Of a stretch of DNA of 25,726 bases, positions 1 through 9,129 are shown piece by piece. Position numbers and translations under genes: made by a program. The stretch spans positions 1 through 25,726 of the forward strand of contig JBEKHU010000001.1 in assembly GCA_050012115.1 (NCBI GenBank), read 5' to 3'. The stretch comes from Bryobacteraceae bacterium (GTDB taxonomy: Bacteria; Acidobacteriota; Terriglobia; Bryobacterales; Bryobacteraceae). The notes under the pieces were generated by a model. That model saw only the letters and a list, made by a program, of their open reading frames with translations, did not search any database and had not been told where the DNA came from. Position 1 is the first letter of the stretch. Each line of letters opens with the position of its first letter.

Positions 1-1379
1 AGGGCGAGTTGCCGGCGCATGCGCGCCGCCAGCGTCTGCCGGAACTCCGCCCCGCTACGGCGGCCCGCCAGCGCTGCCTCGAGACGATACAGGTCAGCAC
101 GCTGCAAACCGGCCAGAGTCTGGCCGCTCAGCGACGTGACCACCTGCCCGCTCGGAGTGCAGGTGAGCGCAAGATCGTTCTCCTCGCTGAACGCCGCCTC
201 GTGCACCACTCCGTTCTCCCCCTTCAGCCAGCGGTTGAACCAGGCGGCGGTGGCTTCGCGCAGCGGCTGGCTGTACATGTGCTGGTGGTCGAAGGCCACC
301 ATGTCGACGCGATCCGGCACGCCGGCCGTAGCGTAGACCTGGCGCAGCTCAGCGAAGGTCGCGCGCGTGCCTTCGATCGGAAAGAAGTCCTTGATCGCCG
401 CTCCGATCAGCACCGGCCGCGGCGCGATCAGGCCCACCATCTCGGTGTGATCGACACCCGCCGCCAGCGGTCCGAACAGGTCCTGCTCCGGGTCCGACTC
501 GCTATCGTCGGCGCGCGCCTCGATCTTCTTGCGGTACGAGGTGATGTAAGTGACGATCGAGGCCGCCTTCACGCGCGGGTCGAGCATCGAAACGTATGTC
601 GTCAGGGTGCCGCCGCCGGAGCTGCCCGTCATGCCGATGCGCGCCGCATCCACCTCCGGCAGGCTCGAAAGGTAATCGAGCGCCCGGATCCCGTCCCAGA
701 TCATCTCGCGGGCCATGTTCCGCCCCAGCAGGTACTCGGGGATGCCGGTCATGCCGTGCTCGTTGCCGTTGTCCCGGCCGCGGCCGCGGTCCGTGTTGTA
801 GTTCCACAATTGGTAGCGCTCGCCTTGGCCGATGTTGTCCCAGGTCAGTACCACGTAGCCCTGGCGCACCAGCCCGGCGTAAACGTGCTGGTAGACGGCG
901 TAGGCCTTGCCGTTGGCGGAGTGGCCATTGGCCGCCAGCACCGCCGGGAACGGCCCTTTGCCGGTCGTCGGCACGTACACATTGGCCGTGACGTAGAGCT
1001 CAGGCTGGCTCTCGAAGATCACCTTGCGGACCAGGTAGCCGTCGCGCCGCAACTCGCCCATCACACGGGCGTTGAGAGGCGTTTTCGACGCCGGCAGGCC
1101 GCCGATCGAGTCCAGGAAGGCACGGCGGGTCTGCTCCTGCCAGGCCTGGAACTCCGCCGCGGAATGGATCGCGGCGCGCCTCGCCTGGCGCTTCGCGGTC
1201 ACCGCATCCACCTGCGCCAGCAGGTATTGCGACAGCATCTCGCGATACTGGCCTTCCACGGCCGTGCCGCTGGTGACGCGCAAATCCTCAGGCCGGAGCG
1301 AACCCGCCGGTTGCGACCAGACCGGAAGGGCCGCGGCCAGCAGGCCGGCGGCGAAAATCACTAAGGCACAGCGATTCAT
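1..1379 (-). CDS. Secreted alpha/beta-hydrolase, acetyl-xylan-esterase/glucuronoyl-esterase-like; runs off the left window edge (C-terminus missing)
   Basis: Not in the ORF track; translated by hand. ATG at 1379 with GGAGG 13 nt upstream. Signal-peptide-like start MNRCALVIFAAGLLAAALPVWSQ. Motifs KVIFESQPELYVTANVYVP, GHS, DNIGQGER, DGIRALDYL, nucleophile elbow GMTGSSGGG (GxSxG) and IAPRPVLI. Frame open to position 3. Confidence 0.85.
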   Translation of the reverse strand, partial: MNRCALVIFAAGLLAAALPVWSQPAGSLRPEDLRVTSGTAVEGQYREMLSQYLLAQVDAVTAKRQARRAAIHSAAEFQAWQEQTRRAFLDSIGGLPASKTPLNARVMGELRRDGYLVRKVIFESQPELYVTANVYVPTTGKGPFPAVLAANGHSANGKAYAVYQHVYAGLVRQGYVVLTWDNIGQGERYQLWNYNTDRGRGRDNGNEHGMTGIPEYLLGRNMAREMIWDGIRALDYLSSLPEVDAARIGMTGSSGGGTLTTYVSMLDPRVKAASIVTYITSYRKKIEARADDSESDPEQDLFGPLAAGVDHTEMVGLIAPRPVLIGAAIKDFFPIEGTRATFAELRQVYATAGVPDRVDMVAFDHQHMYSQPLREATAAWFNRWLKGENGVVHEAAFSEENDLALTCTPSGQVVTSLSGQTLAGLQRADLYRLEAALAGRRSGAEFRQTLAARMRRQLA

Positions 1380-1588
1380 GATGTTTGGTTGACCTCCAGG
1401 CGTTGTCCGTCGTGCAACTACCGGGCGCGGGCCTCGGACCGGTCCGCCGCCGGAGTTGCGATACGATTATCGCCTATTGAAGGGGATTCCCAACGGGTAA
1501 CCTAGGGGCAATGAGAAGGATGGAGGAGCCGTCGCCGGCCACGGGATGTCCAGGCGGCGGAAGAGGGCGCGCGGGGAGCCATTTTCGT

Positions 1589-1615
1589 TCAAACCCGCGG
1601 ACTGCGCTCCGATGA
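1589..1615 (+). promoter_or_regulatory. Candidate sigma28 (FliA/SigD)-type promoter
   Basis: TCAA-N15-TCCGATGA versus the consensus TAAA-N15-GCCGATAA. It ends 7 nt before the ATG of a flagellar-rod-like gene. Confidence 0.4.
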
Positions 1616-1622
1616 GAGCCGT

Positions 1623-1865
1623 ATGGCTGATCTGTCTATCCCCTTGCAAGGCATGCTCCGCGCCGAGGCGGGCGTCAACGCCGCGGCCTCTCAGATTGCC
1701 CAGTTGTCGATGCCGGTTGAGCGACCGGTGGACCCGCAGGACACGGTGGACCTGAGCGCGGCGATGGTCGCGCTGGCGGAAAACCGGGTGATCTATGCCA
1801 TCGACGCTCAGGCCGCGGGAGTGCTCGACGCCATGAACCAGAGCCTGCTGAGCGTCGTTGGCTGA
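1623..1865 (+). CDS. Small flagellar basal-body rod/hook-termini-like protein (80 aa)
   Basis: The N-terminal LSIPLQGMLRAEAGVNAAASQIA and C-terminal VDLSAAMVALAENRVIYAIDAQAAGVLDAMNQSLLSVV resemble the D0 segments of FlgB/C/E/F/G (the VDLxxEMVxL...Y.AN...D.M..SLL pattern). Confidence 0.7.
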   Translation: MADLSIPLQGMLRAEAGVNAAASQIAQLSMPVERPVDPQDTVDLSAAMVALAENRVIYAIDAQAAGVLDAMNQSLLSVVG

Positions 1866-1971
1866 GACGCCGGGGTTGGCAGTTACGGTTGGCACTGGAG
1901 GTCCCGGCGCCAGGGCCTGCAATGCGGGTGCGGAGAGGCCAGACTGTTGCAAATAGCGGCCTAGCGTTCTC

Positions 1972-1984
1972 TAACTTATTGATA
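1972..1984 (-). promoter_or_regulatory. IHF-consensus site in an AT-rich intergenic island
   Basis: The reverse complement TATCAATAAGTTA is an exact match to WATCAANNNNTTR. It lies within the imperfect palindrome TAACTTATT-N7-AATCACTTA (1972-1996). Confidence 0.4.
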
Positions 1985-2296
1985 GATAATCACTTACATC
2001 GACTGGCTCGCTGCTTCTGTACCGGCCGGCCACTGTTTGGTGTTTCACCGGCGGCGCCACGGGGGTCATTCCGAGGAGTGTGGGCGGCGGGCCGGCGCGG
2101 TGCTGTTTGGGCCGAACGCTGGCACGTTTCCAGCTCCTGATCGTTTGTTGCTCCCCGCGCAGAGCGACGTTAAAGGCGGGAGATGAGCGGCGAGCGAAAG
2201 CATGCGGAGGCGAGCACTTTGCGCTGCGCTCAGCAGGCTCCTGTATGCCAGTGTTCTTCTGATGGCATAGAGAAACGGAGCGGAGCGAGAGATCCG

Positions 2297-4618
2297 ATGG
2301 AGTACTACCCGATTGTCCTGCTGGTGCTTCTGTTCATTGCCCTGCCGATCATCGCCGTCGTGCGGTCATTTCGGTTGAACCGGCGAATCAGCGACCTCGA
2401 GTCGAAGGCGGAGTCGCAAGGGCGCATCACCGAAGGTGTCTGGGAACTCACGGCGCGGGTGTTTGATCTCGAGCAGCGGCTCAGAGTGTTCCAGGCACGG
2501 GCCGCAGCGGCCGCTCCTCCCACATCCGCGCCAGAAACGGAAGCGCGACACGCGGGAGCGCCGGAGCCCCCGGTCGCGCCCGAGCCCGTTGCATCCAGGC
2601 CCGAAGCCGCTGAGGCTGCGCCGGCCCAAAGCGAAGCCGAACCGGTGGTTGCCTATACCAGTTCCGAGCCGCAGTTGTTTGCGAGCTACGGCCCGCCTCC
2701 GACCACCAGCGAAGCGCCAGAGGCCGAAGCAGGCGCAGAGGCGCCGAGAGATTTGGAGACAAACATCGGGTTGATATGGATCAACCGCGTCGCCGCGGTG
2801 ACGCTGATTCTGGCGGCGGCTTTCTTCTTCAAATACGCCGTCGACAATCAGTGGATCGGCGAAACCGGGCGGATCGTGCTGGGCGTGATCGCTGGATTCG
2901 TCGCACTCGGCGGTGGCGAATGGGCCTGGCGGCGCGGACACAAGGTGTACGCGCAGGGCGTTACCGCGCTGGGCATCGCGGTCCTGTATCTCTCGTTTTA
3001 TGCGGCCTTCGCGTTTTACCATCTGCCCGCGGTGCCACAGAGCGTGGCGTTTGTACTCATGGCCTTGACGGCCGCGATGGGTGGCGCCCTGGCCATGCGC
3101 TACGACGCGGCGGTGATCTCTGTGCTGGCCCTGTTGGGCGGCTTCCTGACTCCGGTATTGCTGAGCACGGGCGAGGACCGGCCGTGGGTTCTGTTCAGTT
3201 ACATCCTGCTGCTCGACCTGGGTGCGCTGGCCGTCGGGCGGGCCAAACAGTGGCGCCATCTGGCGCCGCTGGCGATGACCGGCACCTCGCTGCTGTACAT
3301 GGCCTGGTTCGGCGAACACTTCAACGCCAGCAAGCAGCTTGTGGCGACAGTTTTCGCCGTAGTCTACTATGCGCTATTTGCGCTTCTGGAATCGAAGGTC
3401 CTTATGGCCCTGGCGCAGATTCTGGCGAGCGCGGCGTTTCTGGCGATCGCGGCCGCGGCGGGTCCGGGCGAGTCGTGGGTCCTCAGCAATGGATGGATGT
3501 TTGTCGGCTTGGCGGCCGCGGGCGTCGTAGTGACGGAGCGGCGCCGCTGGCCGGACCTGACCCGCGTCACGATGCTGAGCTTCTGGTTCAGCTTCGGACT
3601 GTGGCAGGGCGCGTCGCTCCCGCGCCCGCATCCCGGCATGGTGGCGCCGGCGGCGATCGCCGGCTTTGCGCTCTTCCTGGGCTATCTTGTATGGCGGATC
3701 ATGGTGCGCCGGGAGAAGGCCGGCGTGGACGCCCTGGCGATGATGGCGCTGAATGCGGCGGTGGCCTTCGGCGTTGTCTACCACCAACTCGACACCGGTT
3801 ACCACGCCTGGCTGGGATTGGCGGCGGCCGGGTTTGCGGGGATCCATCTGCTGGTCGCGGCGCAGATCTGGAATCGTTCGCAGGAGGGGGAAGAGCGCGA
3901 TACGACTCCCGTATTGCTCCTGCTGGGGGTGGCGCTGGCGTTCCTGACGCTGGCCGTGCCGCTGCAGTTCTCCCAATACCGCATCACGATCGCGTGGGCG
4001 CTCGAAGGAGCCGCGCTGGCGTGGATTGGCTGGCGCGCGGGAGCCAGGCGGCTGTGCCAATGCGCGCTGATTGTGTTCGGGCTCACGCTGATCCGATTGC
4101 TGACCCTGGACGCCTGGATCTACGGCAACGGCAGCCAATACGACCTGCTGGCCAACGCGCGCTTCCTCACCTTCGCCGTCGCCGCGGCGAGTCTGTGGCT
4201 GAGCGTGCGGTGGTTGGACGACCAAGGGGAGAAGCTGGCTGCCTACATCGCCGGGCATTTCGTGCTGCTCTGGACACTCGTCATGGAGGTCGTGGGCCAG
4301 GCCGAGCGCAGCGTACAGGCTGACAAAGTGTTCAGCGTGGGCAGCGTGAGCGTCTCCGTACTGATCGCCGCGTATGGCGTGATTCTGATCGGCGCCTTCG
4401 TGCTGGGACGATTCACGGTGAATCGCCTGCTCGGGCTGATCCTGCTGGGCGCCGTGGTGCTGAAGCTCTATTTGCACGATGTGTGGGTGCTCGAGCGGAT
4501 CTATCGCGTGATTGCCTTCGGCTTTCTGGGGATTCTGTTGCTGCTGACTTCACTCCTCTACTCGCGCTACCGGGCCAGGATCGGGAATTGGTGGAAAGAT
4601 GATACGGGTCCTGGCTAG
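2297..4618 (+). CDS. DUF2339-like large polytopic membrane protein (773 aa)
   Basis: ATG at 2297 is preferred over the ORF-track start at 2183. N-terminal TM, coiled coil and Pro/Ala/Glu linker, then LETNIGLIWINRVAAVTLILAAAFFFKYAVDNQWIGETGRI, about 20 hydrophobic segments and the C-terminal KLYLHDVWVLERIYRVIAF. Confidence 0.8.
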   Translation: MEYYPIVLLVLLFIALPIIAVVRSFRLNRRISDLESKAESQGRITEGVWELTARVFDLEQRLRVFQARAAAAAPPTSAPETEARHAGAPEPPVAPEPVASRPEAAEAAPAQSEAEPVVAYTSSEPQLFASYGPPPTTSEAPEAEAGAEAPRDLETNIGLIWINRVAAVTLILAAAFFFKYAVDNQWIGETGRIVLGVIAGFVALGGGEWAWRRGHKVYAQGVTALGIAVLYLSFYAAFAFYHLPAVPQSVAFVLMALTAAMGGALAMRYDAAVISVLALLGGFLTPVLLSTGEDRPWVLFSYILLLDLGALAVGRAKQWRHLAPLAMTGTSLLYMAWFGEHFNASKQLVATVFAVVYYALFALLESKVLMALAQILASAAFLAIAAAAGPGESWVLSNGWMFVGLAAAGVVVTERRRWPDLTRVTMLSFWFSFGLWQGASLPRPHPGMVAPAAIAGFALFLGYLVWRIMVRREKAGVDALAMMALNAAVAFGVVYHQLDTGYHAWLGLAAAGFAGIHLLVAAQIWNRSQEGEERDTTPVLLLLGVALAFLTLAVPLQFSQYRITIAWALEGAALAWIGWRAGARRLCQCALIVFGLTLIRLLTLDAWIYGNGSQYDLLANARFLTFAVAAASLWLSVRWLDDQGEKLAAYIAGHFVLLWTLVMEVVGQAERSVQADKVFSVGSVSVSVLIAAYGVILIGAFVLGRFTVNRLLGLILLGAVVLKLYLHDVWVLERIYRVIAFGFLGILLLLTSLLYSRYRARIGNWWKDDTGPG

Positions 4619-5822
4619 CCTGTTGGCTCTCGCGGCTCCGCTGTTGGCGGATTTCGACGCGCGGCAGTGGCAATATCAGCGCACCGTCAGGGTCGAGACG
4701 GCGGGCCGGGTGAATGCCGTGATCCTCGACCGCGCGATTTATGCTGGCGCACAACCGGGGCTGAACGACTTGCGCCTGGCGCTGAACGGACGCGAAACGC
4801 CGTTCGTGCTGTCCAGCGTGCACGGCGCGGTGACCGATAACGAATTACCGCCGGCGGAGTTCAACCGCGTCGTGGTGCCGGGCCGGGGCCTGCAACTTAC
4901 GCTGGATGCCGGCCGGGGCCATCGCCACAACCGCTTGCGCATCGCGACGCAGCTCCTGAACTTCCGCATCCCGGTGAAGATCGAGACCTCGGAGGACGCT
5001 CAGGCGTGGGCCATCGCCAGGTCCGACGGCTCCGTCTTCGACTTCACCCAGGCCGACCGGCACGCCGCGGTGTTGAGCCTGGATTATCCGCTCTCCACGC
5101 GGCGCTACGTGCGTGCGACTTTCATCGGATGGATGCACGCGGACGCCGTGGCCAGCGCCTGGCTCACACTGCACAGCGAAACCAGTACGGCCTGGCAGAC
5201 TCTGGCCACAGCCACACCGGCGCGGGTCGAGAAAGACGGTGTCACCAACCTGGAGTTCGACCTCGGCGATGCACACTTACCGTATGCACGCATTCGTCTC
5301 GACAGCGCTACGGCGCGGTTCTACCGTGCCTGTGACGTGGAGTCGAGCGACAACGGCAAGGACTGGACCTACCTGTCAACGCAGGCGATCTACCGCCTGG
5401 ACGGCGAGGAATCCCTGGCGCTGAGCTACAGCGGATCGTGTGAGCGATACGTGCGCCTGCGCGTTCACAACGGCCAGGATCGGCCGCTCGCCGCGGACCA
5501 GGCGGCGTTCGATGCGGTCGAACAACGATTACAGTTCCTGCCGCCGGCCGCTGGAGAATATGCGCTTTACTACGGCAATTCCAAGGCCCAGGCGCCGGCC
5601 TACGACCTGGGCATGATCCTGGCGCGACGTGCGCCCGAACAGGCGATCGTCGTTGCGGCGGGAACCCAGCGACTGACCCCGGACTATCGGCCGCCCGAGC
5701 CGCCCGCAAAACCGTGGTCGGAGCGGCACATGGAGGTGCTCTACGTGACGTTGGGGCTGGCGCTGGCCGGCATGGGCTGGTACTGCGTGCGCTTGCTGCG
5801 CGCTGTGAAACGAGCGGCGTAG
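4599..5822 (+). CDS. DUF3999-like exported protein with C-terminal membrane anchor (407 aa)
   Basis: Overlaps the upstream gene by 20 nt. Signal peptide MIRVLASLLALAAPLLA, DLRL and LYYGNSKAQAPAYDL motifs, and a C-terminal TM followed by a basic tail. Pairing with DUF2339 genes is common. Confidence 0.7.
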   Translation: MIRVLASLLALAAPLLADFDARQWQYQRTVRVETAGRVNAVILDRAIYAGAQPGLNDLRLALNGRETPFVLSSVHGAVTDNELPPAEFNRVVVPGRGLQLTLDAGRGHRHNRLRIATQLLNFRIPVKIETSEDAQAWAIARSDGSVFDFTQADRHAAVLSLDYPLSTRRYVRATFIGWMHADAVASAWLTLHSETSTAWQTLATATPARVEKDGVTNLEFDLGDAHLPYARIRLDSATARFYRACDVESSDNGKDWTYLSTQAIYRLDGEESLALSYSGSCERYVRLRVHNGQDRPLAADQAAFDAVEQRLQFLPPAAGEYALYYGNSKAQAPAYDLGMILARRAPEQAIVVAAGTQRLTPDYRPPEPPAKPWSERHMEVLYVTLGLALAGMGWYCVRLLRAVKRAA

Positions 5823-5953
5823 GCCCGGGCTGGCGGCTCGTCGGCAATGCAGACGCCAGTCCACGCCATGCCGCTTGGCGGCGCGCGGAGGCGCAGTACC
5901 GGCGGCCGAGGCATGAGCGCGAGGCTGCGGTGCGTTGGTGTTGTCTCCGCGAC

Positions 5954-6835
5954 CTAGCGCAGGGTCGCGAGATACCGCAGGCTCTGCCGGATTTGCGGGA
6001 CCGCGTCGGCCGCTTCCTCTTCCAGAAAGTAGTGCCGCACGCCGCAGGTTTGCGCCGCGAGCAAAGCCGCCCGGACGTCAACCAGGCCAGTACCGAGGGG
6101 CACACTCTCCTCCTCCAGGACGTCGGCCGGCGATCCGCCCAGGACGGTGCCCTTGCGGATGTCCTTGATGTGCATCAGCGGAAAGCGGCGTGGGTAGCGG
6201 CGCAGGAGTCGAACGGGATCCTGATAACCATAAACAACCCAAAAGATGTCCATCTCAAAGTTGACGAACTTGGGATTGGTCAGCTTGGCCAGTGTGTCAA
6301 ACAATGTCCCGAACACGGTGCCGTCGGGCGCCTTGTCGAACTCGGTGCCATGGGTGTGGTAGCACAGCCGCAGTCCGGAAGCGGCCAGCCGCTCGCCCCA
6401 CCGATTCAGATGGTCCGCCGCGGGCTGGCAATCCCTGACGGCCAGGTGCTTCGCGCTGTGCGGGATTGTGGAGCAGACGACGTAGCCGGCGCCCAGGGTG
6501 CGAGCCTGCGCGGCCACGGCGTCGGCGTCCTTGTCCAGGGCGTCGTAGGCGGCTCCATAGGAAGTGGCATGCACGCCCGCCGCGTTGAGCAGGCCGAGGA
6601 ATTCGGCGGGGCTGCGCCCGTGAAGCTCGCCGGTTTCCACCTCCTGAAAGCCCAGTTCCCGAGCGAGGGCCAGGGCCGCGGGCAGATCTTTCTCAGCCAG
6701 GTAGCGCAGACTGTACAGAGCAAGGCCGACCGGCGCTCGAAAGGCCGGTTGAGCAGCGGCAGGCAGCACGGCGGCGGCCGCGGCCGCAGTCGCGGAACGC
6801 AGGAATGCGCGGCGCGCCAGGTTGCTGGTTGGCAT
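5954..6835 (-). CDS. Sugar-phosphate isomerase/epimerase (AP_endonuc_2 TIM barrel) with Tat signal (293 aa)
   Basis: Start ATG at 6835. Twin-arginine ARRAFLRS leader. Motifs LYSLR, GFQEVE, YHTH, FEMDIFWV, HIKD, LGTGLVD and FLEEE. Confidence 0.85.
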   Translation of the reverse strand: MPTSNLARRAFLRSATAAAAAAVLPAAAQPAFRAPVGLALYSLRYLAEKDLPAALALARELGFQEVETGELHGRSPAEFLGLLNAAGVHATSYGAAYDALDKDADAVAAQARTLGAGYVVCSTIPHSAKHLAVRDCQPAADHLNRWGERLAASGLRLCYHTHGTEFDKAPDGTVFGTLFDTLAKLTNPKFVNFEMDIFWVVYGYQDPVRLLRRYPRRFPLMHIKDIRKGTVLGGSPADVLEEESVPLGTGLVDVRAALLAAQTCGVRHYFLEEEAADAVPQIRQSLRYLATLR

Positions 6836-7001
6836 TACGGAGATGCTATCGCAGGCCGGGGGGGAAAGGGCTTGCCCGGCTGCCCATTCCGGCAAAGGGA
6901 AGGAGAGCAGCAGCTTGAGCGCGTGAGCACCCCGCTCGTCATGAAGCAAGCGTTTTGATGACGGCCTCTGACGCGGCCGCCTGCATCGGGGAATCCTGAT
7001 T

Positions 7002-8246
7002 CTACAGGTTGAGAACCCGGTCGACGATGCGGTCGACGCGGTCGGCGAAAGCGGAGCTGCTGAACTGAGCGCTCCACGGGACGCACTGCTCCCGGCAGGA
7101 CCGGAGTACCTCGGGATCGGCGGCCAGCCGGCGGGTAATCCGGGCCAGGTCGTCGAGCGAGTCCCACAGGTACCCCGTCACACCGTCCTGAATGGTCTCC
7201 TTCGGTCCGCCGGATCGGAGGACCACCGGCACGGCGCCAGCCGACATCGCTTCCACGACCGTCAGACCGAAATGTTCCTGCCGGTCGGGATGCAGCTCCT
7301 CGGACGAGCCGTACCCCGTCGCGTGCCAGTAGATCGACGCGCGGCGATACAGATCGCGCAGAACCGGAAACGGCGCGTTGGCATGTACGTGCACCGGCAA
7401 CCCGGCGGCGACCTCGAGCAGGCTCGCCAGGGCTTCCGCGCTGTGCCTGTCGGGCAGCGCATTGCCCGCGCAGTGGAGCTGCCAACCCTGGGCCTGTAAA
7501 TCCGTCATGCGGCGGAATGCCTCCACCAACGTGTGCTGGTGCTTATAGCCGAGGCTGCGCGGCGCCGTGAAGCGCCCCACGTGCAGGATGATCTTTTCCT
7601 TTACGCCCGGCGGGCCCATGGGCACGCCCGAGGAGTAAACCACGTCAGCGCTGCGTCCCCACATCCGCTCGATCCAATGCGCCGTAAACGCGGAGTTGGC
7701 GGTGATCGCCTGGTAGGAATCGAGCACCCGCGGCGTCATGCCGAGCAGCCGGTTGACGCCGATCTCGTACATCCGTTGGGCCGCTCCATCGCGCGGATCC
7801 GTTTCAACTCGCCCCCGCATCCGGTGCGGGAACATGCACATGTAGATGCCGCGCCGGGCCGGACACGGGAGGATGCTGAAGAATTGGTTATTGAGGAACA
7901 GATCGAGATCGAGCCGCCTCATCTGGTCGTAATAAGTTGGCTCGAACGCGCGGTGCAGGCGCGTCAGAGCGGATTCCAGTCCGGCCTTTTTGAGAAGCCC
8001 GCCGGGCGCCGACTGAACCAGCCGCCGCAGCCCGGCCTGGATGGGCAGCCGTAACTGCACAGTCTTGACGCCGTCAACCGAGGCGCCGGCGCGGCTGGCG
8101 AGGGATGGGACATCGCACGGCTCGCCATAGATCAGAACCACATCGAACCGGCGGCTCAGCCGCTCCGCCATGACGAGGCACCGCTTGTCGCCCCCGGCTC
8201 CGTCCCTCAATTGAAGGTCGTAGATGCCGATGCGGGGCCGCATCAT
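7002..8246 (-). CDS. Glycosyltransferase family 4 (GT-B)
   Basis: N-terminal GAGGDKR, ILHVGRF, K-H-Q motif and the E-X7-E motif EHFGLTVVEAMSAG, followed by GGPKETIQDGVTGYL. Confidence 0.85.
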   Translation of the reverse strand: MMRPRIGIYDLQLRDGAGGDKRCLVMAERLSRRFDVVLIYGEPCDVPSLASRAGASVDGVKTVQLRLPIQAGLRRLVQSAPGGLLKKAGLESALTRLHRAFEPTYYDQMRRLDLDLFLNNQFFSILPCPARRGIYMCMFPHRMRGRVETDPRDGAAQRMYEIGVNRLLGMTPRVLDSYQAITANSAFTAHWIERMWGRSADVVYSSGVPMGPPGVKEKIILHVGRFTAPRSLGYKHQHTLVEAFRRMTDLQAQGWQLHCAGNALPDRHSAEALASLLEVAAGLPVHVHANAPFPVLRDLYRRASIYWHATGYGSSEELHPDRQEHFGLTVVEAMSAGAVPVVLRSGGPKETIQDGVTGYLWDSLDDLARITRRLAADPEVLRSCREQCVPWSAQFSSSAFADRVDRIVDRVLNL

Positions 8247-8298
8247 CGTGTGTCCTGGCGTTTCACTTTCATCTCAAGCCATACGGAAACATGGCACA

Positions 8299-9129
8299 AT
8301 GAAACCACTCGAATCAAGGGCAGCGTGGACAGTGGAACAGACTGCCTCGGCCATTCTCACCTACCATTCGCTCGATGACAGCGGGTCGGTGATCTCTACT
8401 CATCCCGATCTTTTTCGCGCACAGATTGAGTGCTTCCTCGAACTTCGGATTCCCATTGTTCCCCTGCGGGACGCGCAGCGCGCCCCCGGCTCGCTGGCTT
8501 TGACCTTCGATGACGGGTATGATAACTTCCTCGAATTCGGATATCCGGTTCTCGCGAAATACGGCTTGCCGGCGACGCTGTTCGTGATCAGTGGTTGCTG
8601 TGGGCGCCGGGCTGCACGGCCGTGGAGCCAATCATCGATGACGCATCCGCCCCGCCTGATGGGGCTTTCCGAGCTCCGTACACTGGCCGGATCCGGCATC
8701 GAAATCGGCGCTCACACAGTTCATCACCTGGACTTGACTGCTTTGCCCGACGAGCGCGCCGGGCGCGAAATCCGCGAGAGCCGTATTAGCCTGGAAGACG
8801 CACTGGGGCGCGCGGTGGAGGCATTCGCGTATCCCTATGGATCGTGCACCCCGGCGATACGCAAGCTGGTGGAACAACAGTTTCGCCTGGCTTGCGGAAC
8901 GTCTCTCGGCTATGTTACCCCCGAGTGCGACCGCTTCAACCTGCCTCGTCTGGACATGTACTACCTGCGCCGGCGGTTTTGGTACTCTCGCCTGATGACC
9001 CTGGACGGACGCGCCTACGTCGCGCTGCGACGGCTGCTGCGCGCAGCTCGCGGCAGGGCGCGGCACGGCTCGCTAGGCCCTCCCGGAATGGTGTCGGCGG
9101 ACCGCGACGCGGAGGAGACCCGCCCTTGA
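8299..9129 (+). CDS. Polysaccharide deacetylase (NodB/CE4) (276 aa)
   Basis: Motifs ILTYHSL, LTFDDGY, IGAHTVHH, FAYPYG and LPR. ATG at 8299 avoids overlap with the divergent GT4 gene. Confidence 0.85.
   Translation: MKPLESRAAWTVEQTASAILTYHSLDDSGSVISTHPDLFRAQIECFLELRIPIVPLRDAQRAPGSLALTFDDGYDNFLEFGYPVLAKYGLPATLFVISGCCGRRAARPWSQSSMTHPPRLMGLSELRTLAGSGIEIGAHTVHHLDLTALPDERAGREIRESRISLEDALGRAVEAFAYPYGSCTPAIRKLVEQQFRLACGTSLGYVTPECDRFNLPRLDMYYLRRRFWYSRLMTLDGRAYVALRRLLRAARGRARHGSLGPPGMVSADRDAEETRP

Noticed and set aside
9-1364. 451-aa plus-strand ORF
   Set aside because: It is the antisense shadow of the motif-rich minus-strand hydrolase and has no recognisable domain.
2120-2135. Sigma54-like TGGCACGTTTCCAGC upstream of DUF2339
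   Set aside because: GG-N10-GC spacing holds, but the -12 element is CAGC rather than TTGC. Too weak to call.
5714-6958. 414-aa plus-strand ORF, and similar long overlapping ORFs (2776-4323, 9237-10430, 11164-12171, 15999-17231, 17537-18985)
   Set aside because: These are alternative-frame or antisense shadows of well-supported genes, expected in high-GC DNA. They are Arg/Pro/Ala-rich with no motifs.
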